A DNA stretch of 63,457 bases, counting the filler, from Atractiella rhizophila (taxonomy: Eukaryota), in NCBI GenBank assembly GCA_021432655.1. It is 4 parts of 4 records of this genome, joined end to end, with 100 filler letters (N's around TTAATTAATTAA, not from the genome) between each part and the next. Parts side by side here need not be neighbours in the genome. Positions count along the whole stretch, not along the records: positions 1 to 17,577 come from MU271872.1; positions 17,678 to 35,057 come from MU271874.1; 2 more parts are not named here. The stretch is one strand, 5' to 3'. Under the pieces are notes generated by a model. That model saw only the letters and a program-made list of their open reading frames with translations, ran no database searches and was not told the DNA's origin. This document shows, piece after piece, positions 13,466 to 25,836 of the stretch. Position 1 is the first letter of the stretch. Each line of letters begins with the position of its first letter. Position numbers and translations under genes: made by a program.

Positions 13466-14518
13466 CTAAGCGATTCTGTCCAAAGGCCTGTGATAAAAGT
13501 GAGATAGTGAGATCAGTGCACTCGACAGGGAGGATATGGGAGAGACTCGACCTGTTGAATCCACCTTTCCTATTCATGTACTGACGCCAAGTACGCTGCT
13601 TCTTCACGTTCGCAGTCCCAACCTCATTTCCATCCACCTGCTTGCCCTGTTCATGGATCACCGCGTCGTCAGAAGGGATACAATTAAACGAGGAGAGAGA
13701 TGCATACGTGAGTAGTTGTGAAGCCTCCAAATCCCATCATTCGCGCCATTGCCTCTGTATCATCTGCCATCAAATCCACGTCCATACCATTAGCGTCATC
13801 TTCCTGATTCACCTTCCTTGGTGGGGAGGCCATCCTGATGTCAGGTTTCTCCTTGCCCTTCTTTCCCCTCCCCCTCTCCTCTTCCGGCCTCTCAGGACGG
13901 TCAAATTTCGGACCTGTAGGAATGGCTGGTTCGGTTGATTGCACGTCAGGGACCTTTGGTGCCGGTGGAGCGGCCGATTTCAATCCTGCGTGAGAAGGTG
14001 GAGGAGACGTGTCGATTGGAGGAGGCGGAGGTCGTTTGGAATCATCTATGGTTCATAGCACAGGGAGTCAATCAGCACCTTCGTCGCTGATTCTGAGCTC
14101 CAAAACATGTATGAAATCGAGCTCTTTCACCCAAATACGAGAAGAACGTACTGTCTCTCGCCCTATCCCTTTCTCTGTCTTTCTTGGACCCACGAGGAGA
14201 AGGACTGCGTCGACGCGGTGGCGAGCGACTTCTTCTCCTTTCCCTGTCCTTAGTGCTCCTCCCATCCCTCCCATCATCCTTCCCATCTCTCCTACGCGGA
14301 CTAGGGCTCCTCCTAGAGCTACGGCGAGGCGGGCTTGGACTTCGACGCGACCTTGGAGGGGGCGACCTGCTCCTGCTCCGTTTTCGCGAGTCGCGTCTGT
14401 GATCCCTATCCCTGCCTCTATCTCTTGACCTAGACCGTTCTCTGTCCCTTCTACCGCTGTCCCTATCCCTGTCTGAGTCTCTGGCAGTCCTTCCTGACCT
14501 CGTAACTCGAGATGACAT
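13466..14518 (-). CDS. SNRNP27: U4/U6.U5 tri-snRNP 27 kDa protein (SNRNP27-like)
   Basis: RS/RD-rich N-terminus; C-terminal MMGFGGFTTT..GKQV...KKQRTWRQYMNRKGGFNRPLDRIA*. Confidence 0.9.
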
Positions 14519-14646
14519 CGTTGCTCCAAACAACACGAAAATCGCATGTTTCCTCATAAGGAAGGTGAAGTTGGAATTGCCGACGACCTCTCCTTCAAAA
14601 AGTTCACTCTAATTCGCGCATTTCATCTTACTTTCTAAAGACAGAA

Positions 14647-15408
14647 ATGGCCAATGTAGTGCAGCCATTAGATTCTTTTTCAGCTTACCGTGATTCTCGC
14701 TCAGCAGTCCCATGGAGCGAGCAGCAAGAAGCACTCCGTCGTTCTTCCACGGTTTATGTTGGCAACTTGTCCTTTTACACGACGGAAGAGCAAATTTACG
14801 AGCTTTTTGCAAAGACTGGAAACATAAAGAGAATCATCATGGGTCTGGATAGGAACAATAAAACACCTTGTGGCTTTTGCTTCGTCGAGTACGTTCTGTC
14901 CTGGACCAAAGTGGCGAAGAACCATCCTAATTATGTTTACCGTCAGGTATTACACTCATGAGGACGCTCTTGAGTCACTACGATATATCTCGGGGACGAA
15001 GCTCGACGAGAGGTTCATACGAGCCGACCTCGACCCAGGTTACAAAGACGGTCGTCAATACGGTCGCGGGAAGAGTGGAGGGCAGGTTCGTGTCTCTTGG
15101 ATGACTCTAAAACCATCAATCAAACTGGACAATCAGGTTCGAGATGAATATCGAGAAGATTACGACGAAGGCCGTGGTGGTTGGGGACATCTGAAGGCGC
15201 AGCGAGAAGCGGAGAAGGAGCGTCAGCGCGTCCAGGACGAACTTTATCAAGGAGATGTGAATGGCAATATGGACGTACCTATGGGCGAGAGGGATTATCA
15301 GGAAGACGTACGTTCCGCCCCTCTTCCATCTTCTCAAAGTAGTCCTTGAACTAAGGAGTTTGTGGGTAGAATCCGAGGTTTAGGCAGGAGGAGGAGGAAC
15401 AGTTGTGA
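14647..15408 (+). CDS. CBC2: Nuclear cap-binding protein subunit 2 (CBP20)
   Basis: [61 protein letters not shown]. Confidence 0.96.
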
Positions 15409-15718
15409 CCTTGATGGTCTGTTTTCAGGACAAGACGTATTGATTGTATTTAGCTCGTATACGACAACACGGAAGCAGTAATTCGTTCATAGTCAATGCT
15501 CACACCCAAATTCAGTACGTAGTCAAGATGCAGATATTCAGAAACGCAAATGCAGGCGAATTGGAACCTTTTACCACAAGATTGAACCTTCGGGTTGTCC
15601 GTAACTGATATCATCTAGTCAAGTCTGCCACTGAAGTTGGCGGCGAACTTCAGGTCGCTCAGGAAACTAGGAGAATGGCCCAACCGAACCTGGGAAGGAC
15701 TTCTCAGAGTCTGCCAAT

Positions 15719-17086
15719 TCAAGACATTGTCAACGACGCGTCCTCGTCGAACACAAAGGCAAAGATGGAACTCACAATTCTTGGCGTACTACGATCCCGA
15801 CACTCGCTCTGCAACACTTGCGCCAATGTCGAGAACTGGGTGGGAATATCCTGTCCTTGGACCTGGAGGGTACTTGGTGAAGGAGAAGGCTGAACCGGCG
15901 ATGAATTAGGAGAGACGACATGTCCTTGAACGTATGGGAGGCGCGTGGGTTCGTCTCCGTCCAGCATAGGGAAGTAGGTCCTACTCTCCGTTCCTCCAAA
16001 GCGGACACTCTTAGGTGAAGAACCGTTCGATCTGAATCCGCTCGGGACGGTGAAGAAGTAGTCGTTCTCTCCAGTCTCTGATTGATAGTTGCCGTTGTAG
16101 AGAATGGAGCTGACCGGACGAGTCTGGCTGTAGGTGCGAGAGGGAGGGGTGGTCACGATCAAGTATTTGGTAGACCTCGATCGGGGAGGAGTGGAGAGAG
16201 CATGGGGATACTGAAGCGTGTACGTTGGAGTTGAAGGCGTGGGAACTACCGCAAAGGATTTCACCTCCTCCATATTTTCCGTCCTTCCCATTTCCCTTCC
16301 CTTCCTTCCCGTACCCCTCCCCTTTCCACTCCTCTCTCTACCTTCAACCCAAAAAGACGACACGCTCCGATACAACTTGCTGAAACCAGTCTTTTCCTCT
16401 TCCTCTTCAGAAGGAGTCGGGAGTCCCGCGAAGCTTTGGAAGTCAGGTCCGAATCCCTGCTTCGTAAACCTTTTCACTCCCCCTCTCCCACCCCAGGAAC
16501 CTTTCTTCAGCTTCCTCAAGAGCAGCGAAACAAACAAGACGCCAAAGAGTGCGCCAATGACGCCACAAGCTACGAGGACCTGTTGTCTTGTTGCAGAATC
16601 CATCCCGGTGCCTTTTCGAGGTGCAGCCGTGGGAAAGACCCCGCCATCAGAGGAGACCGTGGCTGTGGACGACACAGGGAGATGGACGGTCACAACCGTG
16701 TGAGATGCAGGCTGAGAGGCAATTGCGCCAGCAACAAGGACAGTCGAGCTCGAAAGAGTGGAAGTCTCAGCTCTTCTACTCTTCGTCGTTTCCTCCTCGG
16801 CGGCGGAAGAGGTGCTGCTATGTTGAGGCGTGTCGCTGGGAGTCGAAGTCTCCACCTGGGTGAAGGTCGGTGGAGAGAGGGAGAGGCTAGTCCTTTCGAT
16901 GGAGGAGCGGGAAGTCGCGCTCGAGACAACCACAATCGTCGTGCTTTCTCCTGCCGCTTCCCGTGGTTGAGAGGGGATGCTTGATGCCGTTTGTCTCTTT
17001 TCGAATCCTACAACGCTAGGGCTGTCGGGCAGGATGCGAATGGGGCGAAAGCGGTGAGCTTGGTGAGGGGTTGAGATTTGTCGCAT
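15719..17086 (-). CDS. Ser/Thr-rich single-pass membrane protein (Mid2/Wsc-like architecture); termini uncertain
   Basis: 455-codon ORF with S/T-rich region, one TM helix (VLVACGVIGALFGVLFVSLLL) followed by RKLKK. Confidence 0.65.
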   Translation of the reverse strand: MRQISTPHQAHRFRPIRILPDSPSVVGFEKRQTASSIPSQPREAAGESTTIVVVSSATSRSSIERTSLSLSPPTFTQVETSTPSDTPQHSSTSSAAEEETTKSRRAETSTLSSSTVLVAGAIASQPASHTVVTVHLPVSSTATVSSDGGVFPTAAPRKGTGMDSATRQQVLVACGVIGALFGVLFVSLLLRKLKKGSWGGRGGVKRFTKQGFGPDFQSFAGLPTPSEEEEEKTGFSKLYRSVSSFWVEGRERSGKGRGTGRKGREMGRTENMEEVKSFAVVPTPSTPTYTLQYPHALSTPPRSRSTKYLIVTTPPSRTYSQTRPVSSILYNGNYQSETGENDYFFTVPSGFRSNGSSPKSVRFGGTESRTYFPMLDGDEPTRLPYVQGHVVSPNSSPVQPSPSPSTLQVQGQDIPTQFSTLAQVLQSECRDRSTPRIVSSIFAFVFDEDASLTMS

Positions 17087-17577
17087 ACTGACTAGAACTG
17101 CAAGGGAGAACGAAAGTTGTGCACCTAATATATACTAATTTGACTGAAGATTCAAATAGAAAAGGAAGAGAGTGCTCGAGATGGTTGTCAAGAGTGATGG
17201 AGAGTAGTTACAAAAAAGGAGTCGACGCAAGCAGACCGTGGGAACTCTTCAGAACTCAACTCTTCCCGCTCTTTCTTGCCTGTGAGAAAGCGCAGAAACT
17301 GCCCCAAAATGGTGGACATCCCCCCAAATGCTTATGAATTGCATCAAATGAAGGTCCGCTGAACAGCATTACACTGAATCTGTATTAGGATCATTCTGAG
17401 CTTTCATACTCACTTCTCGTGCGCAAGATCCAAAGATGACAAAGTAATCAATCTTCCCAACAGCCAATGAATGAAATGAAAATTGGTATAGACAATATAA
17501 CTTCGGTTCGACTCGCGATGCGCCTTCCATCAAGCAAGCAGAACTTGGATTCATGAAGAACGCCAAAGCCCTGAATG

Positions 17578-17677
17578 NNNNNNNNNNNNNNNNNNNNNNN
17601 NNNNNNNNNNNNNNNNNNNNNTTAATTAATTAANNNNNNNNNNNNNNNNNNNNNNNNNNNNNNNNNNNNNNNNNNNN
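17578..17677. other. Assembly gap with TTAATTAATTAA linker
   Basis: 100-nt N run with a central six-frame stop linker; the same construct occurs at 35058 and 52435. Confidence 0.97.
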
Positions 17678-20600
17678 CAAACTCGTTCTTGCCATCTAGC
17701 AAACCAGTCGTATCCTACCTGTTCCCTGCTTCTCGCAACCTCCCTGCTCTCCAGACTCTACATTCTCTTCTGGACAATTCTCTCGCAAGCTTAACGCAGC
17801 TCGATGGCAGGTTCGCTGCTTTTCAGGACAATCTATTCGATCTCAATGTGAAAGAATGGGACCTCCTCGACGAGGTTGCAAGGAAAGAAAGGAAGGAAAA
17901 AGTTCAAGATTTGGGCAGACTTTTAGGGCCATGGATCGGCAAAGAGAAGAAAGTCGAGATAGTGCTTGAATGGATGGTCAGAGCTTTGCAGTGAGCTTGG
18001 TTTTGGTTTTAGGCCTTGTTTAATGGGATCCTTAACAGTGCCCATATCCATCATCTCCAGGTGTTGGTGCTGCTGTTTTTGCCGTTTCACTCCACAAATC
18101 ATTTTACAAAACTGCTCTCTATTCTACCTTCTAATTTGGTGTAAGCTTCTTCTGGTCCTGTTGCCGCAGACTCATTAGCCTCCCAGGTCGCCTTATTCAT
18201 TCTTACTGCCGTTGACCTCGTCTCCTATGCCGCTTCCCGTGCCCTATCTTCTAAAGTCTATGGAGCACGACTTCCGCCTTCTGAAGTTTGTTGCGACGAT
18301 GCCGTTACAACTTGAACTCAAAGGTTTGCATCGAACAGCCCTCAATTTTTGGATATCAATCATGATCAGGTGCGCTTGATTTCCGCAGGGTGGAGAGAAT
18401 TTAAAGGCATTGTCAGGTTCCTAAAACAAAACAAAGAACTTGAAGAAGACAACCGCGCGACTATTCTTAGCGCGGTCTTGTCAGTTCTTAAGCTCGTGGG
18501 AAAGTCTGAATCCGCGCTTCGATACACAGCTCAAATCGGAAGCTATATGGTCGTCGTTGCCCTATGCCAAAAGGTTCAATTTCGAGAGAGTCAACTTGAA
18601 AGCTTGACTCTCTCTCTCTTCACCGGGTTGACAATTGATGAAGAATCCACACCTGATATCAAAGCAATGGAACGCAATGACGCTTTAGTCAACTCCCTGG
18701 TCGTAATTTTGGAACGCCAGAAAGAGGAGATAACGACCTCAAGCAAGCTGTGGCACAAGAGTGTGGCGAAATTAGTCGCTATCCCCGACCTGGCAGACTT
18801 GCTTTTCAACATCCTCCGGTGTTTCGTGTCGAGGAAATTTCTTCCTTTATTTTCTTCAGCCATAGCGGTCAGTGACAATGAGTACGCTCGCTGCCATCTA
18901 ATTTTCTCCTTCTGATGTCTGGAGCGAACAATAGAACGGCCAGAATATTTTGCGGCAAGTTTTTGAGGTCTCCACACCTTCGGTCCATCCTTCCCGAAAA
19001 CCAACACACTATTTTAAAACAGTTTGTGGAGCATGTGCAAGATCAGGTTCTCTTTGACCACTTGGAGGTTGTTCGGAAAGAATTAAATTTGCAAATTTAC
19101 GAGCTAGGTGCAGCTGCAGAATCCCGATGGACACAGTTGTCAAAAGAGTTCGACAAGCCCAAACCCGTAATTCCTTCAATCAATTGTTTCTACGTTGACA
19201 ATGACGAGTAGAATGACAGCTTTGAGAATGCCACGTCGCTCTTGGGAGGAACATTCCACCGTATGAAAGTCATGGCTGCGCGGCAAGGCAGTCATTTTTG
19301 TTATTGTAGGTGTTGTCTTCATGATTGTGAATCGGAGGTTAATTCTCGCTACCAGGGTTCGCATTTTTACTCAGCGTGACATTATTCTTCGTCATTGTTT
19401 GGTGGTGGAGACGATAAGGCAATAGGGAATGGTGCGCGTACGCGTATGTAGAGTGGGTCATTATGATTGCTCATTAATGCATTGGGAATGCACCATCCTG
19501 CATCCAGAAACTCTACCTAGCAGCCTGTTTGACCACATCGACTGCGATTTGTTTATTGTGCCTAGCCCAAGTACCCCAGTGCATAGACACAGGGTCTCAG
19601 CCGATGTTGATATCTGATTTTACCCCACCGTTCGCCTCTTGAGGGAGCAGTATGTGGTAGTAGTACCAATCCTGCACTTGCAACGCTGAAAATGCGAAGA
19701 TTCCGAGCCCCATCGAAACCCATATTCTTGTCCTAGGAGGCAAAGCTGTGCACTAACACATTTAAGGCGTTGCATGCGGTGGGAGGCAGACCTTACAAGC
19801 CCAAGATTGTAGGAGAGTTTTCCCGCTTTTAGATGTAAGAGATGGGGTGGGTGAGGAAACTACCGGGGAGATTTGGGAAAGTTGTTTCGGCTGTGGTAGA
19901 ATCCGCTTAGGCGGCCGTATGGCGGGGGACATCGTGAAGTCTGCAAGGAGAAGTCTGATAGGAGAAGACGAGGGGATCACTTTGCTTTAGTGTCCCAATC
20001 TGGAAATTCCCGACACAACCAATCTGACCCGCTATCCTATGGGGCAGGTCCCGCACGGAACATTAAAATAAGGTTTCACGTCAAGAACAGGCTTGCAACT
20101 TTTTGGGTCCACTTTGAAGGCAGATATTGGAAGTTGGAATAGATAAAAAGGAAGTGTAAACAAATCCCTCCCTATTGAGCCATCTTCAAGCTGTTTACAA
20201 ACAAATCCCCTTTCCTCTCCGCTCACCTCTTCTTTCCTTCCATTCCCTCCTTGAGAAGGCCACAATAAATTTCCAGGGCATGGCACCACCTGTTTTGTAA
20301 AAGAGTTCCAAACTCGTCCCATTACAAAGCTTCTCAATCCAACATAGAACTTTCTCTGCTGTTCTCATATCTCCAACTTTGAAGGTGGTGCAATATATTA
20401 CACCCTTCTTTTCCACTCAACTTGAGACATTTACATCCCCAAAAATCAACTCTTTACAGTATGATGTGGAAGGAAGAGCAAGTCGTTGTAGCAGCATTGG
20501 TGGGCAGAACAGGAAGCGACTTCACAGAGCTTACTGGACTGCAGAAGTTTGGTGGTGCAGTGAGAGAGGATTACCAGTGATGTGCATGGTGGATAGAGGA

Positions 20601-23600
20601 TTAGATTAAACTGAAACATAAGGGCAAAGATTGTTCCTCCACTTGGCAAAGCAGAGCTTACCGGTGTTTTTGCAGCTACCAAATGGAGGCGATCTTCTTT
20701 TCAAGTCCTTGCAAGTCTCCGAGAACGGGACAGCTTGACTGCTACTTCGATCCTTGCTCTTGTCGGCGTCACCCAGCGATTGTCTCAAAAGCAGCTTGGA
20801 ACTCCCTCACTTGAAAGATGCTCAACCGTCTACGGCCCATTTTATGAATTTGCTGATCTGCGATGTACCGTGTCACTCCGCAATACCCTTGTTACCTCTC
20901 TCTTCACTGGTGGGATCGAGACAGCCATGATCGTTCCATTTCTCGCCACCATATTTACTAACACGATAAACCCTGTGATTATACGGCGATCTGCTTTGCG
21001 AGACTCCCTTCGGTTTATCGACCTCCACGCTAAATCTTCACTCGTGGACAATTTTCAGCATCTCGTGCCCGCCTTTCTTGCTACAACAGCGGATGCCGAC
21101 AGAGAGTTGCGAGCTCTCACGATGGACGCATTTGCCCTGTTCGCTCGTCATAGTACACCGTCCGGAAAGCTGATAGGCTACAAATCACTGCATATACGGA
21201 CAGGTATGAACTAGTTTGAAAGTGACAAGCGTACTCACGGGTGCTGCAGATGGGGATTCATATTTGGATCCTCCAGTGCTCCAATCCTACATAGATCTTG
21301 TTCTCAGGGAGCGGGAGCAAATCATTCTGGACGAGAAGGCGACTATTGGTTATCACAGAGTACCCTTGACAAGTAAAAAAGCGAAGGACGTCATTAGGTC
21401 CATTTGTCCCTACCCCTGGCTCAGGCATGATCAGTTGTTGACTGGTTGACTTATTGCAGAAAGATAGCCGATTTCACGATCAGACACATCGCTTGTTGGC
21501 CAGACCTACGCTATCGTGCGGTATTGCTCGACATTATCGGCATTCATTTGAATCCACCAGTCGACTCGGTGGTGAAGCTCTTGGAGGCCGTCGTCCAAAA
21601 GTCCGGTTCACTACCTACGTCCGACGCTTCAACCTTGCATCGTTATTTGTCGTCGCTTTTCTCATGTTATGAGACTGTGGATTTAAATTCGGACAGCCCG
21701 ATGTCCCAAAGATGGATGAAGCTCCTGTTCGACGGCTTGCGGCAGCAGCACGGTTCAACCCCGGACGGTAAGTCCCTCAACCTCAGCACTATGTATCTCA
21801 AACTGAGACCACGAGAAGCGACCGGACAGATAATTGCTCATTACACCGTAAGGACAACCAAGCGCATTTTTCGCCGATTGGACCACCGTTCTAAAATGGC
21901 CCTTTATGCCCTGTTTGCCGTACCTCCACTGTTTCCCCAGCGTTTCCGAGATAACGTGGAGTTACAGGATCATCCGTTACTCTCTCTCCATTTGCCCACC
22001 CTTGACGATCCTTGCGTGGTGGCTGATATTCTCGCTGTCAAAATGAAAGCCTTGAATCCGTCGCAGGGCCAAAAACAGTTCAAACGTGTGAAGGTTGACC
22101 TTCGCCACGGTCCAGAGAACATCATCGCATCCATCTGTAGAATTCTCGAACATGTCGATTTTCGTGTGATGGAACCGACTCCTGCGCTGCTGAGCAGCAT
22201 GTTTGATCTACTTGGGGTGCTGCCGAGCCTTCGTGACTCAAGCATAGCGATAGAAACGGGTCATCTGGAACAAATAGCTCTTGTCGCTCTACTGTGCATT
22301 GCAGACAATCTCAATAAAGTATCTTCTATCCTTGCATAATTCCCCAGCTGACAAAGGCTCACAGGATGTATCTCCATCTATGGTGCATGCTGTGCGCTTG
22401 GCTCCAGTAATTGATTTAATGCAAGGTTGGTGCTAATAGTGAAAGCAGAGGCAGAGGAGTTGACGCTCGCTCACAATACAGTTACTTCAGACCCCCATAC
22501 GTCACGACACGCCCTTTCGTTGCTTTCGAAGTTAGGAAGACATGTTCCTGACCAGGTACTCCACAATATTATGCCCATATTCACCTTCATGGGTTCAAGT
22601 ATGCTCCAACGCGACGATGCTGCTTCGTCGAGCGTGGTCGATCGGGTAAGTCACATCATCTCTCTATTTTCTAGTTAACTTTTTCACATACAGACCATGG
22701 ATACGATCCTCCCTGCCTTGGTGCAAACCTGGCGCTCTCAAAATAATGATGGACAACTCCATTCATCTGACGGTGAGGATATTTTTCCAACTGACTACCG
22801 CCGATGCTGGACTATGAGATGAGCAAGCTGATATTCCCTTAGAACTCATCCAATTTCTGCGAATCTTCACAGACGCGTTACCCTATATCCCACGCCACCG
22901 CCGCCCCAAGTGAGGATTCCACGCTACTTGTACTTATTTGTGACACTCGAGCAGGATCCTCATTCGGCTTGTTGACTGTCTTGGGCCTTCTATTTCCTTG
23001 CCGTCAATCGTCAACCTCATCTCTACGAAACAGCATGCAGACAACTATGGACCTCTCATGATTTCAGTCTTCAGCTCTGTCGAACCCGAAAACCAAGTCT
23101 TAGTGCGTGTATAGTTCGATGTCGAGCTGGGACTGAGAGATTTGAAGGCAATAACCAAAATCCTGAGCAATATGCTGGAAGGAGGCTACGATTCCATGGC
23201 AGGGAACATGGTACTATCCTTGTTGGAAACTTTCAGGTCGTCCAAGGTATTCCTCGCCTCCCCACCACTTTCGCTGTCCGCGTTATTCGACTACCTCGTC
23301 GACTCCGCACCGCAGGAAGAATGCCTAAAGGAACTTTACTCTTCCAGCTTGCAACATGTCGCCTTCTTGATGACTCCGGCTGATTTTGCGCGAAAGTTCA
23401 CACTTCGTTTCTCGTCTGCCAAACTGGTAGGGTTCTAACCTGAACGTAAAACCTTTCCATGTTTACTCATCGGCATATAGGAGAAAGACAAATTATCGAT
23501 TCTGCGATCATTCCGATCCAAAGCATCCATGCCCCCAAATCGCCGCATGGATCTACTTCCTGCTTTTGAAATACTCCTCAAGGCTCTACCATACCAAACA

Positions 23601-25246
23601 AGCTTACCACTGACCATGGAAGCTTTAGCAATAGCTTTTACATATAGCGAAGAACCGACGGAATTAGAGAAGTCATTGATGGCGCGATATTTTGAAGCCC
23701 TTATGTCTCCAGACCTTCGATTTAAGACCACGAGTGAGGTCACCAACTTAATGGCGAAAATACTACTGAAATTCGTGTATGTCACTAATGATAAACCTCA
23801 TTGTCTTGGCTGATTCGAGCTAGATAGACCACAACTTGGAGCGCGAATAATCAGACATCTGGCACCTCTGATTGAGTTCTGCAATTCACATTGTGACAGT
23901 GAGTCTGACGTGACCTTCACCTCACCTCACCAACCTCACGACAAAATTAGATGAGGCAACCGCTCATCTCCTTGAAAAGGTCGCTCAAACCATGCCGAGC
24001 TTCCTTCCACCGTACTTGGGACAAATACTCCACGCACGTATCCAACGCAGGGATGATCACAATGCTAAATTGCTCGGCCATCTCTGCCGGGCTGTTTCTC
24101 TCCCAGATTTGATTCACTGTTTGGAGAGACTGTGGGACGACAGCAGTGTGGTACGTCTCCTCAGTGCTTATAACCATTCCGTCTTTTAATCGAACTCAGG
24201 AGTCAAAACGCCTGGTTATTTCCCTTCTACGAAAGAAGATCAAGGCTGCCCATCCTCGAGAAGTTGTTATGGAACATCAACTTATATTGTCTTTCCTTCT
24301 TGCCGCGGTTGCACATCCATGCAGCCCCTCAGTGCAATCTGAGGTGGGTTGCATTGTGTGTACATGCCAAAGTACTGATGAGGCTACCAGTCTGTTGCTG
24401 CTCTCGTGGGAATGTCGCTCAAACTGTCTGATAATTCTTTTCGTCCAACGTTCTTGAGCATATTAGATTGGCAGCGAGAATCTGATGGTAGGTGCAGAAT
24501 TATGCTTTCAGCTTTAGACTAGACTAGAAGGGGATAGTATCTCATCGAAAGATCTTTGTGCTGCGACTTTTTGATGGATTATTGCTCGGATTGCAGGTAT
24601 TGTTCATCCCGCTTTCACGTCGTGTTGCGGTAACATTGTGCCAGGGTCTCGTCCTAAGATATCTCACATTTCTACTGCCATCTATTCTTGAGGACCTACA
24701 TCGGCCCTTTGCCTTGTCGGTGCTTGTAAAATCGTTCACATATGACGAGGACGGGCACTTTTGGACGCCTGTACGGCTAGAAGAAATAGCTGACGCCATC
24801 GCGGATGCGGTCAAAGCTCAGCGTGGGGCATCTGAATCGTCGGAATTGTTTGAAGTGCTAGGCTGCGTCGCAGAGAGAATCACGGAACACACTGCAAAGG
24901 TTACCTTCCTGCTGGTGTTAGTCAAGTCATTACTGATGCTGGAGAATAGAAATTAAACAATAATCTATTGAGGCTAATGCGTTCGGACTCAATCAAAACC
25001 AGGTTATTTGCAATCGAGGCTGTTACTTCGATGTGGCGCCGAGGGGGCAGCCGCCTACTAACGTTATGTGTGTGCTCCAAGTGTATCTCGCTTCACATAC
25101 TGATGACGATGGCAGTGCCTATTGTCATTCCTTTTCTCGCAGATGCTCTACAAGACGATGAGCCGGCTGTCGTAACAGCCACAGAGACCTTGGTCAAACA
25201 GCTGGAGGAGCAAACAGGAGAGACTAGATCACAATGGCTGCAGTGA
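17678..25246 (+). CDS. UTP10: U3 snoRNA-associated HEAT-repeat protein Utp10 (5' end in gap), interrupted by a 1514-bp insertion at 19179-20692
   Basis: VLEWMVR, PDQVLHNIMPIFTFMGSSMLQRDD, FLRIFTDALPYIPRHRR, KLSDNSFRP.F, and C-terminal IPFLA...DDE..V...LE...GE. Confidence 0.88.
19179..20692. mobile_element. 1514-bp non-autonomous insertion, copy 1 (ATCAATTG...GGAGGCGA), no TSD or TIR
   Basis: Near-identical to 25837-27350 (3 substitutions seen by eye); removing it rejoins the UTP10 frame ...PVIPS|SSFQVLASL... Confidence 0.9.
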
Positions 25247-25523
25247 CGTAGATATATCATATCACATTGTAAGAGTTTCTTGTGCAATGCAACCTCTCTA
25301 TGCAAAACATTGGGAAGCAAAGAGAAGCGTATTTAAAATGCGCCATCTTCGGAAACAAGAAAACATTGTGGACAAAAGAACAAGTGCACTGGGTTAGAGT
25401 GGCAGGAGAATCGGAACCGAATTGCCGAAATAGCAATCAGTACTGCTGTTGTCAGCGCGGTGGAGGTCCAAGCAAGAGCAAGAACAATAGTCGGGAGATC
25501 GACTGTGAAGGGATAGTCGAACG

Positions 25524-25818
25524 ATGAGTTTGTACCTCTTTCCTCCTCTGTTAGCAACGGTAACACCTTCCCTAAAGTGGGCCGCACCAGCGTCGCCCTC
25601 TGAATCATCACTTCAGTGGCGAACTCCCTTATCCTGCCACCCACTCGTCACTTTCAGGCCGTTCATCACCCTTCTCAGCATTCCGTACCGCCGAACAGAT
25701 TGAAGAACAGAATGAGGAGGCTTTGGCCGGATTGGGAGGGAAGGTGAGGATGTTGAAAGAAATTACGCTAGGTATTGGGAAGGAGGCCAGGGAGAGCAAC
25801 GCACTGATTGACTCCATG
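25524..25818 (+). CDS. BET1: Qc-SNARE Bet1-like protein, 5' part only (TM exon not found)
   Basis: EQIEEQNEEALAGLGGKVRMLKEITLGIGKEARESNALIDSM followed by a GTTGGT donor, then transposon DNA. Confidence 0.75.
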
Positions 25819-25836
25819 GTTGGTCTGTCCAGTGTT

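Noticed and set aside
14009..14547. Long overlapping ORFs over the SNRNP27 RS domain (similarly 16218-16984, 42731-43309, 49461-50623)
   Set aside because: Antisense or shifted-frame shadows of real low-complexity or codon-biased exons
17622..17633. TTAATTAATTAA palindrome inside N runs (also near 35102 and 52479)
   Set aside because: Artificial six-frame stop linker in scaffold gaps, not biological
19179..19181. ATC as a 3-bp TSD for copy 1 of the 1514-bp element
   Set aside because: Copy 2 has ATC only on the left (right flank is TAC), and this boundary would not restore the UTP10 frame
20032..20416. KKG(V/I)IYCTT (RecQ motif IV-like) and PCGTCP in short minus-strand ORFs of the 1514-bp element
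   Set aside because: Isolated short motifs in different frames with no other helicase or transposase motifs; not enough to assign a protein
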